A stretch of DNA of 64,000 bases from Octopus sinensis (Eukaryota): NCBI RefSeq assembly GCF_006345805.1, contig NC_043020.1, positions 22,196,001 through 22,260,000 on the forward strand. The letters are read 5' to 3'. The translations under genes and the position numbers were made by a program. Positions 38,140-52,139 of the stretch are shown here, piece after piece (within the stretch, counting starts at the first letter, position 1; every line of letters starts with the position of its first letter). A model generated the notes under the pieces. That model made no database searches and was not told the DNA's origin. It worked only from the letters and a program-made list of their open reading frames with translations.

Positions 38140-38530
38140 TGACATGGCTGTGCAGATAAGTAGCTTACTTTATGATCACGTGCTTTTGGGTTCAGTCCCA
38201 TTGCACAACACTATGAGCAAGTGTCTTCTATTATAGCCCTGGGCAAACTAATGCCTCGCAAGTGAATTTGGTAGACAAAAGTTGTGGAAAAGACCATCAA
38301 TTGTGTGTGTATGGGTCTGTATTTGTCACCCAGCCACCACCATCACCACCACTTTTCAATCAGTTGGTTTGTTTACATCCTTGTAACTTAGCAGTTCAGC
38401 AAAAAGATTGATAGAATAAATGCCAGAGTTTTTTTTTAAAAGGCAAGTACTGGGATCAGTTTGTTTAACTAAGCCCTTCAAGGTGGTGCCCCAGCATGGC
38501 CGCAGTTCAATGACTGAAAGTAAAGGATAA
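38140..38530 (+). mobile_element. Degenerate SINE family 1 copy
   Basis: Head GGTTCAGTCCC, core, and tail GGTGCCCCAGCATGGCCGCAGTTCAATGACTGAAA. Confidence 0.75.
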
Positions 38531-38589
38531 AAACATGTACAGATTTCATATTCACCTGACAGTAAATGAAAGAAGAAAAATCTTGCAGA

Positions 38590-39365
38590 TGTAGGAATTT
38601 GAAAGCTACAGCAAAATATTGATTGCTTTCTAATGAATGGCAACAGGAAATTCTTCTTTGATAGAAATTCAGAATTTGCCCAAGGATCAGTCAGTAATTA
38701 TCACCTTGAGATTTATTCAGAGTTCTTCCTTTTCTCTGAAAGTCAAATTCTCAGATGAGTCAAAGATTTAGGGTTTGAATTCCTCATCTAAATAAATTCT
38801 TTTAAAAGTGATATAAAATAATGTCCAGTATTGGTTAACATTTCTTCCAAGTGGGTTTCTCCAATAAGGATTAATTTGCTGTGATTGTTCTTTGTTCTTT
38901 AAGCCCAGCAATAACCAAAATATTTCAAGGGTTCTTTTTGCAACATGATTTTTCCAAAGATTCAGTTTTCTTGCTTCAGCCAGTTCATCTGGGGGAAAAT
39001 ATTTGTTTGGTGGACAAATCTCTGCAGCCATTTTTCATCTTCAGATCACTTGGAGCTTTCAGCTGAAATACTCAATTGACAAACCTCTAGATTTCTGTGT
39101 GTCAGATGAGATTTCCATGTACTTTGTGTAGGATTCTACACAGCTTTTTAAACATTTTGGAACCGGTCTTTGTTCAATAAAGATGACCATTTTTTCTAGT
39201 GCCATCAAAAACTTTTTGCAATTCATTTGCAAGTAATTTTGAATTCGGCACCTGTGTGCAAAGAAAACAGTTTATTGAGACAATGTCTACATTTTCTCGT
39301 TATAAAAGACAAACAAAACCTTTTTTTTTAACACCAACCATTGATGCGACACCATCTGTACTGTA
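38590..39365 (-). mobile_element. Old hAT (Buster/Charlie-like) transposase remnant
   Basis: Frameshifted translation gives TDGVASMVG.KKGFVCLL, MVIFIEQRP, LCRILHKVHGNLI.HTE and ISIKEEFP...KAINILL. Confidence 0.7.
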
Positions 39366-40009
39366 CCTCTTCAGTATTATGTGACGTGTCATCAAACCAC
39401 CACCATCATCATCTTCATTATCTGCATCATTGTAACATCCATATTTCCATACTTGCATGGGTCAGATGGAGTTTTGCTGAGCTAGATCTTCTACAGCCAG
39501 ATGCTCTTCCTGTTGTCAACCCTTATTGTTTCCAAGCAAGGTAATATTTTCTTGTGGCCAGGCATATTTTTTCATAGAAGACTAAAAACAAATAACCTTA
39601 CTTGTACATGATGGTGATGCTCATTTACAACCATCATGTGATGTCTAGACAAGGATACACACACACACACATGATGGGCTTCCCTTCTGTTTCCATCTAC
39701 CAAATCAGTTGTTCTCAAAAATGATTGTATGAAAGATTACTTTCATACAATTTTGTCGTTAGAAGAGATTGTTTTCTTCCTAGTTTCAGTATTTATTAGG
39801 GTCTCATCAGTGACTGTTTATTAATTTTTTGTTCATAAAGAGAATGGTAACTGAGATTTATTCATAGTAAGCACAAATATGATCAGATCTAAAATCACAT
39901 GCCTCTAATATTTACCCTGCATTTTAAATTATCCTAAAAAGGTGAAAAAGAACAGAAAAAACTCACCATGTAGTCATCATCATCATCATCATCATCATCA
40001 TTAATTTAA

Positions 40010-40210
40010 CCCTTTAACATTCAGGTTACTCTGCTAAATGTAATATTTATTCCTGTTTTTTAAAACGAAAAATTAACCATGCATTATCTGATAGCTCTGA
40101 GATATTGGAATATTTATTTTAGAATGACATTGTAGGGTAGGTGTGAGAGTCGTGATATGGCCAGTTTGAAATTAAAACAGATAGATATTGCCAGTTTAAA
40201 TGCAAAAGGG
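40010..40210. mobile_element. piggyBac-type MITE (second family)
   Basis: TTAA-CCCTTTAACATT ... AATGCAAAAGGG-TTAA. Confidence 0.75.
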
Positions 40211-40677
40211 TTAATGTCCAGTTTTCCATGTTTGCATGGGTCAGATGGAATTTATTGAGGCAGATTTTCTATGGCCGATGCCCTTCCAGATGCCAGCAGT
40301 CACCTGTTTCCAACTGAGGTAACTTTTCCATGGCCAGACACCATCACAGAATATTGGAAACAAAAGACACTGCTTGTATGACAGGGATACTCACTTACAA
40401 CTGTCACATGATGCCAAGGCAAGGGGACAGCAACACACACACACTATATATACTCTTTTTTTTACTTGTTTCATCATTTGACTGTGGCCATGCTAGAGCA
40501 CCGCTTTTAGTCAAGCAAATTGACCCCAGGACTTATTCTTTGTAAGCCCAGTACTTATTCTATTGGTCTCTTTTGCCAAACCGCTAAGTTACGGGGACGT
40601 AAACACACCAGCAATGTTGGGGGGACAAACACAGACACACACGCAGACACACACACACACACATATATATATATATG

Positions 40678-41310
40678 ACCCAGGAAGACATGGGATGAGG
40701 TAGTCAAGCATGACCTCAGAGCTTTGGGCCTCACTGAGGCAATGGCGAAGGACTGAGATCTCTGGAGATATGCTGTGACTGCAAAGACCCGGGCTGCTTC
40801 CTGCATCAGTTCCGCATAGACCCTGCCCATTCAAAGTACCCTGGATCCCAGAACGTCCCGCTGTGCTTGAGGAGACCTGTTGAGTCAAGTACATGAACAT
40901 GAATGTCGAAATAAATATCAATGGAAATAGTAGTTGTGATGCCTGTGCTGGTGGCACATAAAAAGCACTATCCGAACGTGGCCGATGCCAGCGCTGCTCT
41001 GACTGGCTTCTGTGCCGGTGGCACATAAAAAGCACCATCCAAACGTTGCCAGCGCCGCCTTGGCTGGCTTCCGTGCCGCTGGCACGTTAAAAGCTACAAC
41101 CGATCGTGGCCAATGCCGGACTTCCCCTGGCACCTGTGCAGGTGGCACGTAAAAAGCACCCACTACACTCGCGGAGTGGTTGGTGTTAGGCAGGGCATCC
41201 AGCCATAGAAACTCTGCCAGATCAGACTGGAGCCTGGAGCAGCCCCTGGCTTCCCAGACCCCGTCCAACCCGTGCTAGCGCGGAAAACGGACGTTAAACG
41301 ATGATGATGA
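40678..41310 (+). mobile_element. RTE 3' fragment with modular 3' UTR and (GAT)n tail
   Basis: RKTWDEVVKHDLRALGLTEAM ORF end, GTGCC/GGCAC modules, tail. Confidence 0.85.
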
Positions 41311-41644
41311 TATATGACGAGCTTCTTTCAGTTTCTGTCTACCAAATCCACTCACAAAGCTTTGGTCGGCCCAAGGCTAGAGTAGAAGACACTTGCCCAA
41401 GGTGCCATGCAGTGGGACTGAACCGGGAACCATGTGGTTCGTAAGCAACCTACTTACCACACAGTCCCTCCTTAGCAAATGATCCACAAGCTCTCAAGCA
41501 AACTGAGTCCTTGACACGTTCCATTTGTCAAAATGTTTGCAAAGCACCAACAAGCCTCAAGAGACACATTCATGTCCATAGAACATGATTAACACTTTCT
41601 TTTACTGAACCGTCATTTGTTGTTCACAGTGAGAAAATCTGTCA

Positions 41645-42127
41645 TATCATCATCATCATCATTTAGCGTCCGTTTTCCATGCTAGCATGGGTTGGACGGT
41701 TCAACTGGGGTCTGGGGAGCCCGAAGGCTGCACCAGGCCAGTCAGATCTGGCAGTGTTTCTACAGCTGGATGCCCTTCCTAACGCCAACCACTCCGAGAG
41801 TGTAGTGGGTGATTTTATGTGCCACCGACACAGGTGCCAGACGAGGCTGGCGAACGGCCACGCTCGGATGGTGTTTTTTATGTGCCACCGACACAGGTGC
41901 CAGACGAGGCTGGCAGACGGCCACGCTCGGATGGTGTTTTTATGTGCCAGATGAGGCTGGCGAACGGCCACGATCGGATGGTGTTTGTTATGTGCCCACA
42001 GCACGGAGGCCAGTCGATGCGGTACTGGCTACGGCCACGTTCGGATGGTTTTCTTGTGTACCACCGGCACTGGTACCACAAAGATACAAATTCCATTGAT
42101 GTTCATCTATTTTGATTTGTTTTGATT
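41645..42127 (-). mobile_element. RTE-derived 3' UTR element with (GAT)n tail
   Basis: Near-identical to 8589-9090. Confidence 0.85.
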
Positions 42128-42158
<31 letters not shown>

Positions 42159-42257
42159 TCCTCCTTCTTTCTTTCCTTTCCTGAGCATCCAATAACACTA
42201 TACTTGTTCCACGTCCTCACGTTGTTGTGTTTTCTCTTTGTGTTTTCATGTTTGGAT

Positions 42258-42294
<37 letters not shown>

Positions 42295-43064
42295 ATATAT
42301 ACATATATATATAATGAACTTCTTTCAGTTTCCATCTACCAGATTCACTCAAAGAGCTTTGGTTGGCCTGGACTATAGTAGGAGACACCCAATGTGCCAT
42401 ACAGTGACACTGAACCCAGAACCATGTGGTTGGAAAGCAAGCTTCTTACCACACAGCCATGTCTGTGCCTAGCTGAGTCTTCATTAATTAATTGATTCAC
42501 ATTGCCAGCGTTAGCACTGTGATGCTGAAACTGATTCTTCATCATCATCATCATCATCATCTACAGCTTTCATGCTGCTTTGGTTTAGATTGTTTGATGT
42601 GTGTAAATAAATAACAGTAAACCTCTCTCTCTCTCTCGCTGGACAGAATCAGAATTTATTTCTTCTGATCTCAGGAGACTTTCATAAACAACAAATCTTC
42701 TTAATATGATCATTTTATCATTTTTTTATGACCATGGAGAGATAAGGCCCATACTGTTAAGCATTTTGTTGACTTTCCACAGTGAGGCTAAACTGTCTGT
42801 TTATTAAAGACACATACTTTTAAAGTTGCCCTACTTTTCATGCTTTCATAAAAATGTCATGGTGCTGTGCTTATATTTAGTATATATTTGTGTGCGTGTG
42901 TGTATATATATATATATTCATATATATATAATGTACATATATGTATGTATGTATGTATTTAGACAGAAGTAGATAGAGCACACACATATATATACTTGTA
43001 TGCATATGTGTTAGTATTTATATCTATCTATCTGTAAATATATATATATATTTATATATGCATA

Positions 43065-43933
43065 GGGAGCGGTGAATAAATTGTCTAAATTACGCAAAAA
43101 TGAAAATAACACTGACACCTCATTTTAACAGACATATTAACCAAAATTACATAAAAATATCTTGAAATATTAAAGAGTAAATTTATTCAATGAAATTGCC
43201 ATTGGCTTCAACCACAGCTTCCAGATGACTTCAGAATCTCTTTCAACTATTCTGGATGGTCTCCTTTTTAAGTTGGTGAATGCAGCCATACTCCTTGCCT
43301 TCAGTTCATCTTTGGTGTTACAAGGAATTTTGCTGGTCTCTCACTCAACTGCACTCCACACATAATAATCAAGGGGGTTGCAGTCTGAGGAGTTAGGTGG
43401 CCAGATGTTAGAGGCGATGTGGTTGCAGAGATTGTCTGATAGCCATGACTAGGTTCTCTTGCTTGTGCGCCATGGTGTTGCCAGACATAGGGTTTCCAGC
43501 AGCCACCCTCTTGACCCAGGGCAGTACTACCTCCTTCAGGCACTTGATGTAAGTCTCCGTATTGGGTCTTAGGTCGTGTGGGAGGATGAATGAAGGCATA
43601 ATGTCGCCATCGTTAGTGATCACTCCAAACACCATGATGTTGACTGGATGTTTAATTTTTATCGTTCATGGTACATGTCCTCAGATTTCACTGTCCTCAG
43701 ACTGACACCCAAACACTCTGAAATATTCATATTGGAGCTTCCAGCATGAATGCCAAGTAGTACAGCATGTCATTTCCAAATTCCAAATTTCTAGCAAAGT
43801 GGATTACCTCATGGTGCTATTTTTCTCACAGCTGGTGCCCAACTGACCCTACTATAGTGTATATTTGACAAAATCAAAAACAAACAATGAGCATGTGCGA
43901 AATTCATGTTGTCAATTTACCCATCACACCCCA
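43065..43933 (-). mobile_element. Internally deleted Tc1/mariner-superfamily element (DD37D/maT-like)
   Basis: MVFGVITNDGDIMPSFI...YIKCLKEVVLPW, YVWQQ, IWPPNSSDCNPLDYYVW. Imperfect TIRs (GGGAGCGGTGAATAAATTGTC / TGGGGTGTGATGGGTAAATTGAC) flanked by TA. Confidence 0.75.
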
Positions 43934-43972
43934 TATATATATAGTTGTATGTATGTGTGCATTTGTGTGTCA

Positions 43973-44035
<63 letters not shown>

Positions 44036-44051
44036 TAGATAGATAGATAGA

Positions 44052-47000
44052 TAGATATGTTTCTTTATTAGCCACACAGGGCTGCACACAGAGGGGACAA
44101 ATTACAAGGTAGAGTTTTTCTTTTGGGGATAAAAAAAGGGTGGGTGGTTTTCGATCAAAAGGGATCGTAAAAGGAAAGAAAGAGGAAAGCAAAAGCAAAA
44201 AAAAAAGGTGGGGGGGGGGATAAAAATAAAAGGAAAAAGAAAAAATCAATCAATAGGGAGCGTTATCACAGAAATGTCAATATAAAGTGTAAAGGGGAAG
44301 ACATGTGAGGTTTACCCGTGGAAAGAAAAGCTTACAGAAAAGACCACAGTAACCCTGGTCAATGAAGTCACATATTACATTTTTTTTTTACAAATAAGTA
44401 ACTCTCTGTATTAAATTTTTACTGTTCATAGGATCATACTCAAGGTGGCTTCGTCATTCATATGTGCCATCCTTGCTACATTCACCCATCTTTTTTTAAA
44501 ACATTCACTAGACAAAACTTGCCTCTCTACTCTCACTTTCCTTTTCAAGTGATACGTGAAGAAGTTGATGAGAGATTGACCAGAGAGGAAAGTGTTTGTC
44601 TCTAATCCTTTCAGGCGCATCCACCAGATACATTCTTTCGCCATAGCCACAAGTATGATAAAAATAGCTCTTCCTTCCTGTTTGAAGGAAGGAGGCATGA
44701 CGATATTAACGATAGACTTGGCTGATAAACCAACACGTCCCACATGTGACAGCAGTCGTTCGACATAAGTCCACAGGTCGGAGATTGTTGGACACTGCAC
44801 GATTGTGTGCAGAACGGTTTCGTTGCTCTGACCGCATCTCGGGCAGGTCGGCCCCGTGTTTCTCGAGCCATGCCTATAGAGCTTATCCCGAATGGGTAGC
44901 ACTTCTCGTTAGCACTGCCAGGCCAGGGATCTCTGGAAGTTGTCCATAGGTCCCGGCCCGAAAGTCATCTCAAAAAGGCGGGTCATGTATTCCTCGTCGA
45001 CGCCCAGGTTCGCCCCAAGATCGTCATTGTACCTCCCCTCCACTAATCCCCTATAGAATGCTTTGGTTGTGTTGAAGGTCAACCCGGGATGGCATAGTTG
45101 CTTGAGAGCAATGCGACACTCGCGGTGCCATTTGCCCTTCCTCGGCCTCTTTTTGATCCACGACTGCAGTTCGGTCATGGAGACGAGCTGCGGGAAGGCG
45201 TGCCTCACAAACGGCGACCACACCTGTTCACCGTCGCCTACATAGAGCTGGAGATGTCACAGTCTCAGCGCGTGTTTGCGCATCATCAACCACGGTATGC
45301 CCAGCCCTCCTTTTAACAGGTGTTGACAGCAAATGGATTGCCTGACCATCGGGACGCATCCTTTCCACAAGAAGCGGAAGAGAATGCGTTCTAGTTTGGT
45401 GATGGTAGGGTCGGGTCAGGATACGACGGTCAGGCGGTAGTAGATGATGGACACGATGTACGTGTTCGCCACCTCCGCCCGGCCTTTTAGGGACAGTTTC
45501 CTCTCGGGCCATTGCCGAGTGAGAGTGACCACCCTACTCGTTATCTCGTTCCAGTTCTTCTCCATTTGGAGGTCCGGACTGAACCAGACCCCGAGCAACT
45601 TGACCGGGCTGTCTGTCCAGCGTCCCACGATGGAGGTGCTAGTGGACGGCATGGGCTTGCTTCTCCAGGTGCCGAGCCGCAAGCCCACTGACTTTTCCCG
45701 GTTGATTTTTGCTCCTGTCACCGCTTTGTAGTCTTTCAGTGTCTCGACGACCAGCTCGATGTGCTCGTGGCTAGACACTATGATGGTGATGTCGTCCACG
45801 TATGCAGACACGCTCGTCCCACATCCCAGTTCTCACAGGATGCCCCTCAGAGTCGCCAGCTTCTGCAGTAGTGGCTCAAGAGTCAATATGTATAGAAGCG
45901 ACGAGAGGGGGCATCCCTGACGGACTGAACATGCAATGTCGAAAAGTCTCGATAGATGTCCATTTACGCGAATTACCGAATGGATACCTCTGTACAAAGC
46001 AGCTATCCAGCTGTGGAAAACAGGACCGAAACCAGCCGCTCTCAGGACTGCCTCCAAGTATCGATGGTCTACCCTATCGAAAGCTTTCGATTGATCCAAA
46101 TTGATCAGGGCCCCACCCATGCCAGGTTCCTTAACTACTCTGTCTATGATGTAGCGCATCAGATGGAGGTTGTCATGGATGCTCCGGCTCGGCACAGTGC
46201 ACATTTGCGCCTTGTCGACCAATTTCTTGATGACAAGCGCCAACCTCTTGGCTAACACCTTGGTCAAAATTTTCAGGTCTGCATTGAGCAGAGTGATGGG
46301 CCTAAAGTTATCTATAATGTCCCCCTTGTTTGGATCTTTCTTCTGCAGCGTTAAGGCTCCTCGACTCACAAAACCGAGTATGCTCCCGTTTTGCTGCCAG
46401 TTGCAGTATACCACTGTCAAGACGTCTCCAAACAAGTCTGGCATACAATTGTAAAAGTCATAGGGTAGACCATCCAAACCCGGCAATTTGTCTCTCGAGC
46501 ATTCTGCTATTGTGTCCCGCACATCCACCGCCGTGATGGCGCCTTCACAGCACTCCGCCTCTCTTGTCGAGAGTCGTGGCGTTCTCGCTTACCACTCCTC
46601 CCGAACAGTCGGGCAAAATGCTGCTGAAACGCCTCGCACATCTTGCTCGGCTCGAGCAACTTGCGTCCCTGTTCATCTACCAGGGACCGAATGGTGGCTT
46701 TGTTGCCCCATTGCGCCTCCACCACCCAGGCCTCTCTCGCGGCTCCAACACCTTCCATCCTTAGAGCATGCATCCTAGCCCTGACAGCACACCCTTCGTG
46801 TTTGGCGTTGAAGTGTTGTTCAAGGGCCAACCTCGCCACCAAAACGTTGGATGTGATGCCACTTCTTATTGCCTCTTCTAACTTCTTAACTAGCTCACCC
46901 TCTACTCTGTTTCTATCTATGGCTAGTGCTTTGCTATACCTAATGGCTTCTGCTTTTACTGCTCTCTTGAGGGCAAACCACCATTTGTTGCTGACGATGG

Positions 47001-47720
47001 TTCCCGGCAAAGCCCTCTTTACTAGTGTGCTAATTCGGTTTCTGAAAACCTGTCTCGACGGGAAAGACGCGTTCAGTTTCCAGTAACAGGGACCCTGCCT
47101 ATGTGCCTTATCTAAGTCTAGCATACATGTCATGAGTTTGTGATCTGTGTAGCTGACTATGTGGAATTGTGGACATCCTAAGCTATCCCTATCTGCTGTC
47201 CTACATAGTATCCTATCTAGATACGATCTCGACGACCCAATGCGGTTGCTCCATGTCCACGTTGGCGCATTTGGGTGGTCGAGTCAGTACCTGTCAGACA
47301 GTTGAAAGCGTCTGAGGCATTTACATCCCCATCTATTTTCGTCTCTCCCCACGTAGTCTAGATGCGTGTCCAAGGTAGCATTCCAATCCCCCACTAAAAG
47401 TAAAGGACGAGATGTTCCCAGGAATACTTCTAGACCTCGAAAGAAATCCGACAGACCTGTTGAAGGTGGTGCATAGACTGCCAGGAGTCGAAAAGCGCAC
47501 CCATTCCTGCCATCGACATCCAGGACAACCAGTCTACCCTCCGGGTCTACGAATATTGTCTTTACTTCAAGATCCAGACACTTGCGAAAAAGTACCACCG
47601 TGCCACTACCGCCCATTCTTGGCAGACAAGGAGAAAAATAAATGTTAAACTGTCCGCCAAACATGAACTTTAGGGCCCGTGGTTCATGTAGTCTGGTCTC
47701 ACTTATTGCTATGATTTCCT
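44052..47720 (-). mobile_element. 5'-truncated Tx1/L1-clade LINE, frameshifted ORF2 and 3' UTR with AATAAA
   Basis: APE (ISETRL, AVYAP, VGDWN, TWTW, YLDRI, TDH), YWKLN, PGLDGLP, RPITLLNADLKIL, LDQSKAFDRVDH, QGCPLS, AYVDD, C-terminal CPRCGQSNETVLH zinc knuckle. Confidence 0.92.
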
Positions 47721-48169
47721 AGTGCCATCCACTTTACAGAGAGCAGTGGGTGTGCTTTTTCTTTCATGCTGCTGGTTCTGATGAAGTTGTTTAAACTTGC
47801 AAGACAGAAGAAGATGGAGAGGAAAAGGAGAAAGCTCCCACAATTAAATAGGGAACATTTAAGATGGGGAAGGTGGGTTGATGCTGGATGTTGAAAGGTT
47901 AAAGTAAGAGAGAGGGACAAGCACAGATGTCTTGCTAATGAGGAGATACATGGCCATCCCAATTGTGTGGAGAAGGCGATAAAAGAGAGCCTGAGCAAAC
48001 TCACAAGGTCTAAGAAAGTGGCCATAAGGTAGGATACGGACAGTGGACCATGGGAGGGGATGAGGGGGTGGATAATTTCATAACAGATGGTTAAAGATGG
48101 TGGTAGTGGTAGAGATGAATATAGAGTAAGTGATGAACAAGGGTGGAGGTTCAGTTGAAGGACACAAAA

Positions 48170-48350
48170 GCCCAACCCTGTTCAAGCTATCCAAGGTGAG
48201 GACCAATTTTACTTTACTGTCAAAGCCCTTCACTATAGTTCTGGGGATTTCATTGTTGAGCATGAGTCAGAGAAGTCTTTGAAGGATCCCATGTGAGTAA
48301 ATCCAGGACTTGAATCTTCCTAGGAGCCCTGGCTTGTCCACTGATCTGTT
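48170..48350 (-). mobile_element. Possible remnant of a Hero/R2-group (RLE) non-LTR retrotransposon
   Basis: VDKPGLLGRFKSWIYSHGILQRLL.LMLNNEIP resembles the recalled Hero-type VDKSGLPGKFKAWIYQHGILPR motif. Confidence 0.45.
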
Positions 48351-48829
48351 GGTCTTTATGGAATTTGCTCTGGCCAAGGAGTTAATTTATTGACTTCATT
48401 ATCATCATCATAGTTATAACTATCATCACCAATATCGTTATTATCACTATTATTATTATTTTCAAATTCCACCAAAGTCGACTTTGCCTTTCAATCTTTT
48501 GGGGTCAATAAATTAAGTACCAGTGGAACACTGGGGTCGATGTAATCGACTCATGCCCCAAAATGGCTGCCCTTGTGGCAAAATTTGAAACTATTATTGT
48601 TATGATTATTATTAAGGCAGTGAGCTGGCAGAATCATCAGCATGTTGGATGAAATGCTTAGTGGTATTTCGCCTGTCACTATATTCTGAGTTCAAATTCT
48701 AGCAAGGTCGACTTTGCCTTTCATCCTTTCAGGGTCGATTCAGTAAGTATCAGTTGAACTCTGGGGTCGATGTAGTCAACTACCCTCTTCTCCCAAATTT
48801 CAGGCTTTATGCCTATAGTAGAAAGGACC

Positions 48830-48863
<34 letters not shown>

Positions 48864-49419
48864 TCATCATCATAATAATAATAATAATAAGGATAATGGA
48901 TTAGCAGAATTGTAAGAACATTATTTAAAAAATCACAAAGAAAAGCTTTGCACCATTTCTTCCAACTCTTTATTTTCTGAGTTCAAATCCCACCAAAATC
49001 AGTTTAGCCCTTCATTCTTGTAGGGGGTTAATAAAACAAAGTTCAGTCAAGTGCTGGGGTCGATGTGATTGACTAACCTCTTCCTTTGTCACAAATTTCT
49101 GACCTTGCGTCTACATTCGAAACCATCATCGTCATCATCATTGTTATCAGTGTTATTATTATCCTTATTTATCTTAATCATCATCATCACTATCCTATTC
49201 TTCCTTCTCATAATTATCTCCTTGACCCTCCCCCTCTTTTGCCATATTAAATCAGATTGAAGTCCACTCTTTATTTATTAACCTTTACGTCATCAATGAT
49301 GACATCATCTTGACAACGACGATCAATTACCCACTGACCTTTGACATTTCAGATTAAGCCAAAATCAATCTATTGCTTTTTTAATTATGATTAATTAGGC
49401 AATAGATTCACATGTGATC

Positions 49420-49640
49420 TTGTTGTAAGTTTGATTTGTGATTGTAAGATTGTGGTTTCAATTCCTGGAGTGGGTAGCACATTGTGCTGTTGAGCAAAAC
49501 ACTTTGTTTCACATTGCACCAGTCCACTCAGCTGCAAGTAGGTTACTCCTGCGACAGACTGGAGTCCCATTTAGGGGGTAGGATTGTTGAGATTTTGATC
49601 TCTTATACATCACGGAAACCAGATGAGTGGCTTATGATGC
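49420..49640 (+). mobile_element. Third SINE family (V-SINE-like core); another copy at about 55020-55250 (-)
   Basis: GTTTCAATTCCTGG B-box-like site, TTGAGCAAAACACTT, CCTGCGACAGACTGGAGTCCCATT. Confidence 0.55.
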
Positions 49641-50162
49641 AACTTAGAGAGTCCACATCTTAATTGTTCATTCCATTCATCCTCACCATTTTGCATTCAT
49701 TTTTTTTTCCATGTTGGCATCAGTTGAAGAGAACTTGTTGAGATGATATTCTATGGTTGGATGCCCTTCCTGTTTTCATCGAAGTGTTTTACACACATTG
49801 AGCTGCCATTTCTGTGAAGGACATTAGTAACTGTTACTGCCACCTAAGCAATTTTAACATGAAAACAAAAAGATACAAACACACACACACATACACATAG
49901 TGAGAACTTTTTCCTTTTTTTTCCCTGTTCTTTGTTTGCAATTTGCACAACAATGTCACATACTGGTGACATGAAGAATGTACTTAGTACACTGTATAAA
50001 GTGGTTGGTGTTCGGCAAAGCATCCAGACATAGAAACCATCTCGGATATCTGTAGGAGCCCAACATGGCCTTGCAGATTCTAGAATCCACCCCCATCACA
50101 CACACACACACACACAAAAGTGTAATTCTCATATTAATGTTTGTTTCATTGTCTTTCCACAG

Positions 50163-50278
50163 TCGACTGGATTGTCACCAATATGTTGGCTATACATCAA
50201 GGAATGATCGGTCACATACGATATATCCTCAAGGACAGTCTAAAGTTCCTGCCAATGTATGGATTTTACTTCAGACAG
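50163..50278 (+). CDS. AGPAT5: AGPAT5-like exon (VDWIVTNMLAIHQGMIGHIRYILKDSLKFLPMYGFYFRQ)
   Basis: Acceptor tctttccacAG at 50161-62, donor GTAAAC at 50279. Phase 1 start matches the previous exon. Recalled similarity to VDWIVADILAIRQNALGHVRYVLKEGLKWLPLYGCYFAQ. Confidence 0.92.
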
Positions 50279-50771
50279 GTAAACACAGACGAAAAAATTG
50301 CTTCTTCTGTTTTTTATTTGTTTTACTTTCAGTTTACTTCTCTAAGCTTTTGTGGTAAGAAACTTGCTTACCAACCACATGGTTCTGGGTTCAGTCCCAC
50401 TGTGTGGAAATTTGGGCAAGTGTCTTCTATTATAATATCAGACTGACCAAAGCCTTGTGAATGGATTTGGTAGATGGAAACTGAAAGAAGCCTGTTGAAT
50501 GTATGTATGTATGTATGTATGTCTTTCTGTGTTTGTCCCCCCCCACCACCAGTTGAAAAAAGGTAAAAAAAACAAAAAAATGAAAGATGCAATATGCAGT
50601 ATTGTTCACATCTATGGAATGCTTCCTTTGCTGCTGTACATGGCAACCATTCTTAGAGCAGTGATTCTCAAATGGAATTCTCTGTAACCTTAGAGTTTTG
50701 CTTGTGGTTACACAAGAAATTTTGATAAATTGAGTAATTTCCAAAAGCAGTGTTGAGCCGTATGCGTGCGT

Positions 50772-50810
<39 letters not shown>

Positions 50811-51054
50811 ATATTTGTGTCTATACATATAGACTTGCATGTATGTATACATATGTGCATCCATGGTTTTGTACAAACAGGATAAATAGAACTGGAAAGA
50901 TGAATATGTATTTCATTTTTATTATTCACCAGAAGATACAATGTGACTCAAGAGCCAAAAGTTTTGTGCCATGCAGGAGACTCCCTTGTGTCGCTTTTTA
51001 ACTTTCACTATATATATATATAATGTAAATACATAAATATATTGTATATATATA

Positions 51055-51555
51055 CTAAGTTGAGGAAAAGTTTTGTGCTGCGTGTTAAAATAACGAATTT
51101 TTATGCAGGAATTTATTCAAAAACAGCAACTATTCTTCAAAAGACCATCATTTTCCATGACCTTCTGCCAATGATCTGCAAGTTTTCGGATTTGGTCAAA
51201 GTACCAATCCTTTGGCTTTGAATCAAAAAATTCTTGACAGGCTTCTTCACCTTCATCGAATGACTCAATTTGGCAACCTTTCATAAAGTGCTGCATCAAT
51301 CAGAAGAGACCATAGTCCGATGGAGCAACATGTGGACTATAGGCTGGATGCTGCAGAACTTCCACGCCATCCAATTCTTCAATTTTGTTGCTGGTCTTTC
51401 TGGTGGTGTGCGGCTTGTTGAAACAAAGCACATTTTCAATGAACAAGTCTTGGGTACTTTTCAACTAGAGTGTCATAGACTTGATCAAGTTGCTCGCTGT
51501 AAAGTTCAGTGTTGATGGTGCGACCATTCGACACATGAACTTTTTGTCAACCTAA
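51055..51555 (-). mobile_element. Internally deleted mariner (DD34D-type) element
   Basis: TA-CTAAGTTGAGGAAAAGTT and AACTTTTTGTCAACCTAA-TA TIRs. APSDYGLF..MQHFMKG...WYFDQIRKLADHWQKVMENDG. Confidence 0.82.
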
Positions 51556-51809
51556 TATATATATTATGTACTACAGCACATTGTTTACTGTCTCCCAAAA
51601 CACAATTTATGTGTATACACACACACATGCACACATTTATCACATCTCATAGCATGTCCCTGTTACTCACATCCAGCATCACATCATTGTTGTCGACTGC
51701 ACCAAAACAATATACATCACCACATTTCCTCTGCTCCTTTCTTTCATTCCTGTGAGTCGCCTTCACTCCTCCTTCATTTCATTTCATTCTTTCTTTTGTA
51801 TCTCTGCAG

Positions 51810-51905
51810 CATGGATGTATTTACGTAAAAAGAGATGGCAAGTTCTCCAAAAACCAACACACCATAGAACGTGTTCTAAACCGGTTGAAAAATGAAAATA
51901 CACCC
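51810..51905 (+). CDS. AGPAT5: AGPAT5-like exon (HGCIYVKRDGKFSKNQHTIERVLNRLKNENTP)
   Basis: Acceptor tctctgcAG at 51808-09, donor GTGAGT at 51906, phase 0/0, 96 nt. Contains acyltransferase motif HGxIYVKR. Confidence 0.9.
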
Positions 51906-52139
51906 GTGAGTAATTCCTTTCTTTCTTTCTGTGGAATGGTAGAATGAGAGAATGGTAGCAGTGGATGGTAGAAACAGCAGTGAATGGCAGGAATGGTAGA
52001 AATGAGAGACTGGTTGACTGATAGAATTCTGAGACTTGTTGTGGGGCGGAAGAAATGGGGCAGACTTGTAGAATGGTATAAATGGCAGAATTCTAGACTA
52101 ACAGAACTGATAGATTGGTTGTGAAGTTGAAGGAATTCA

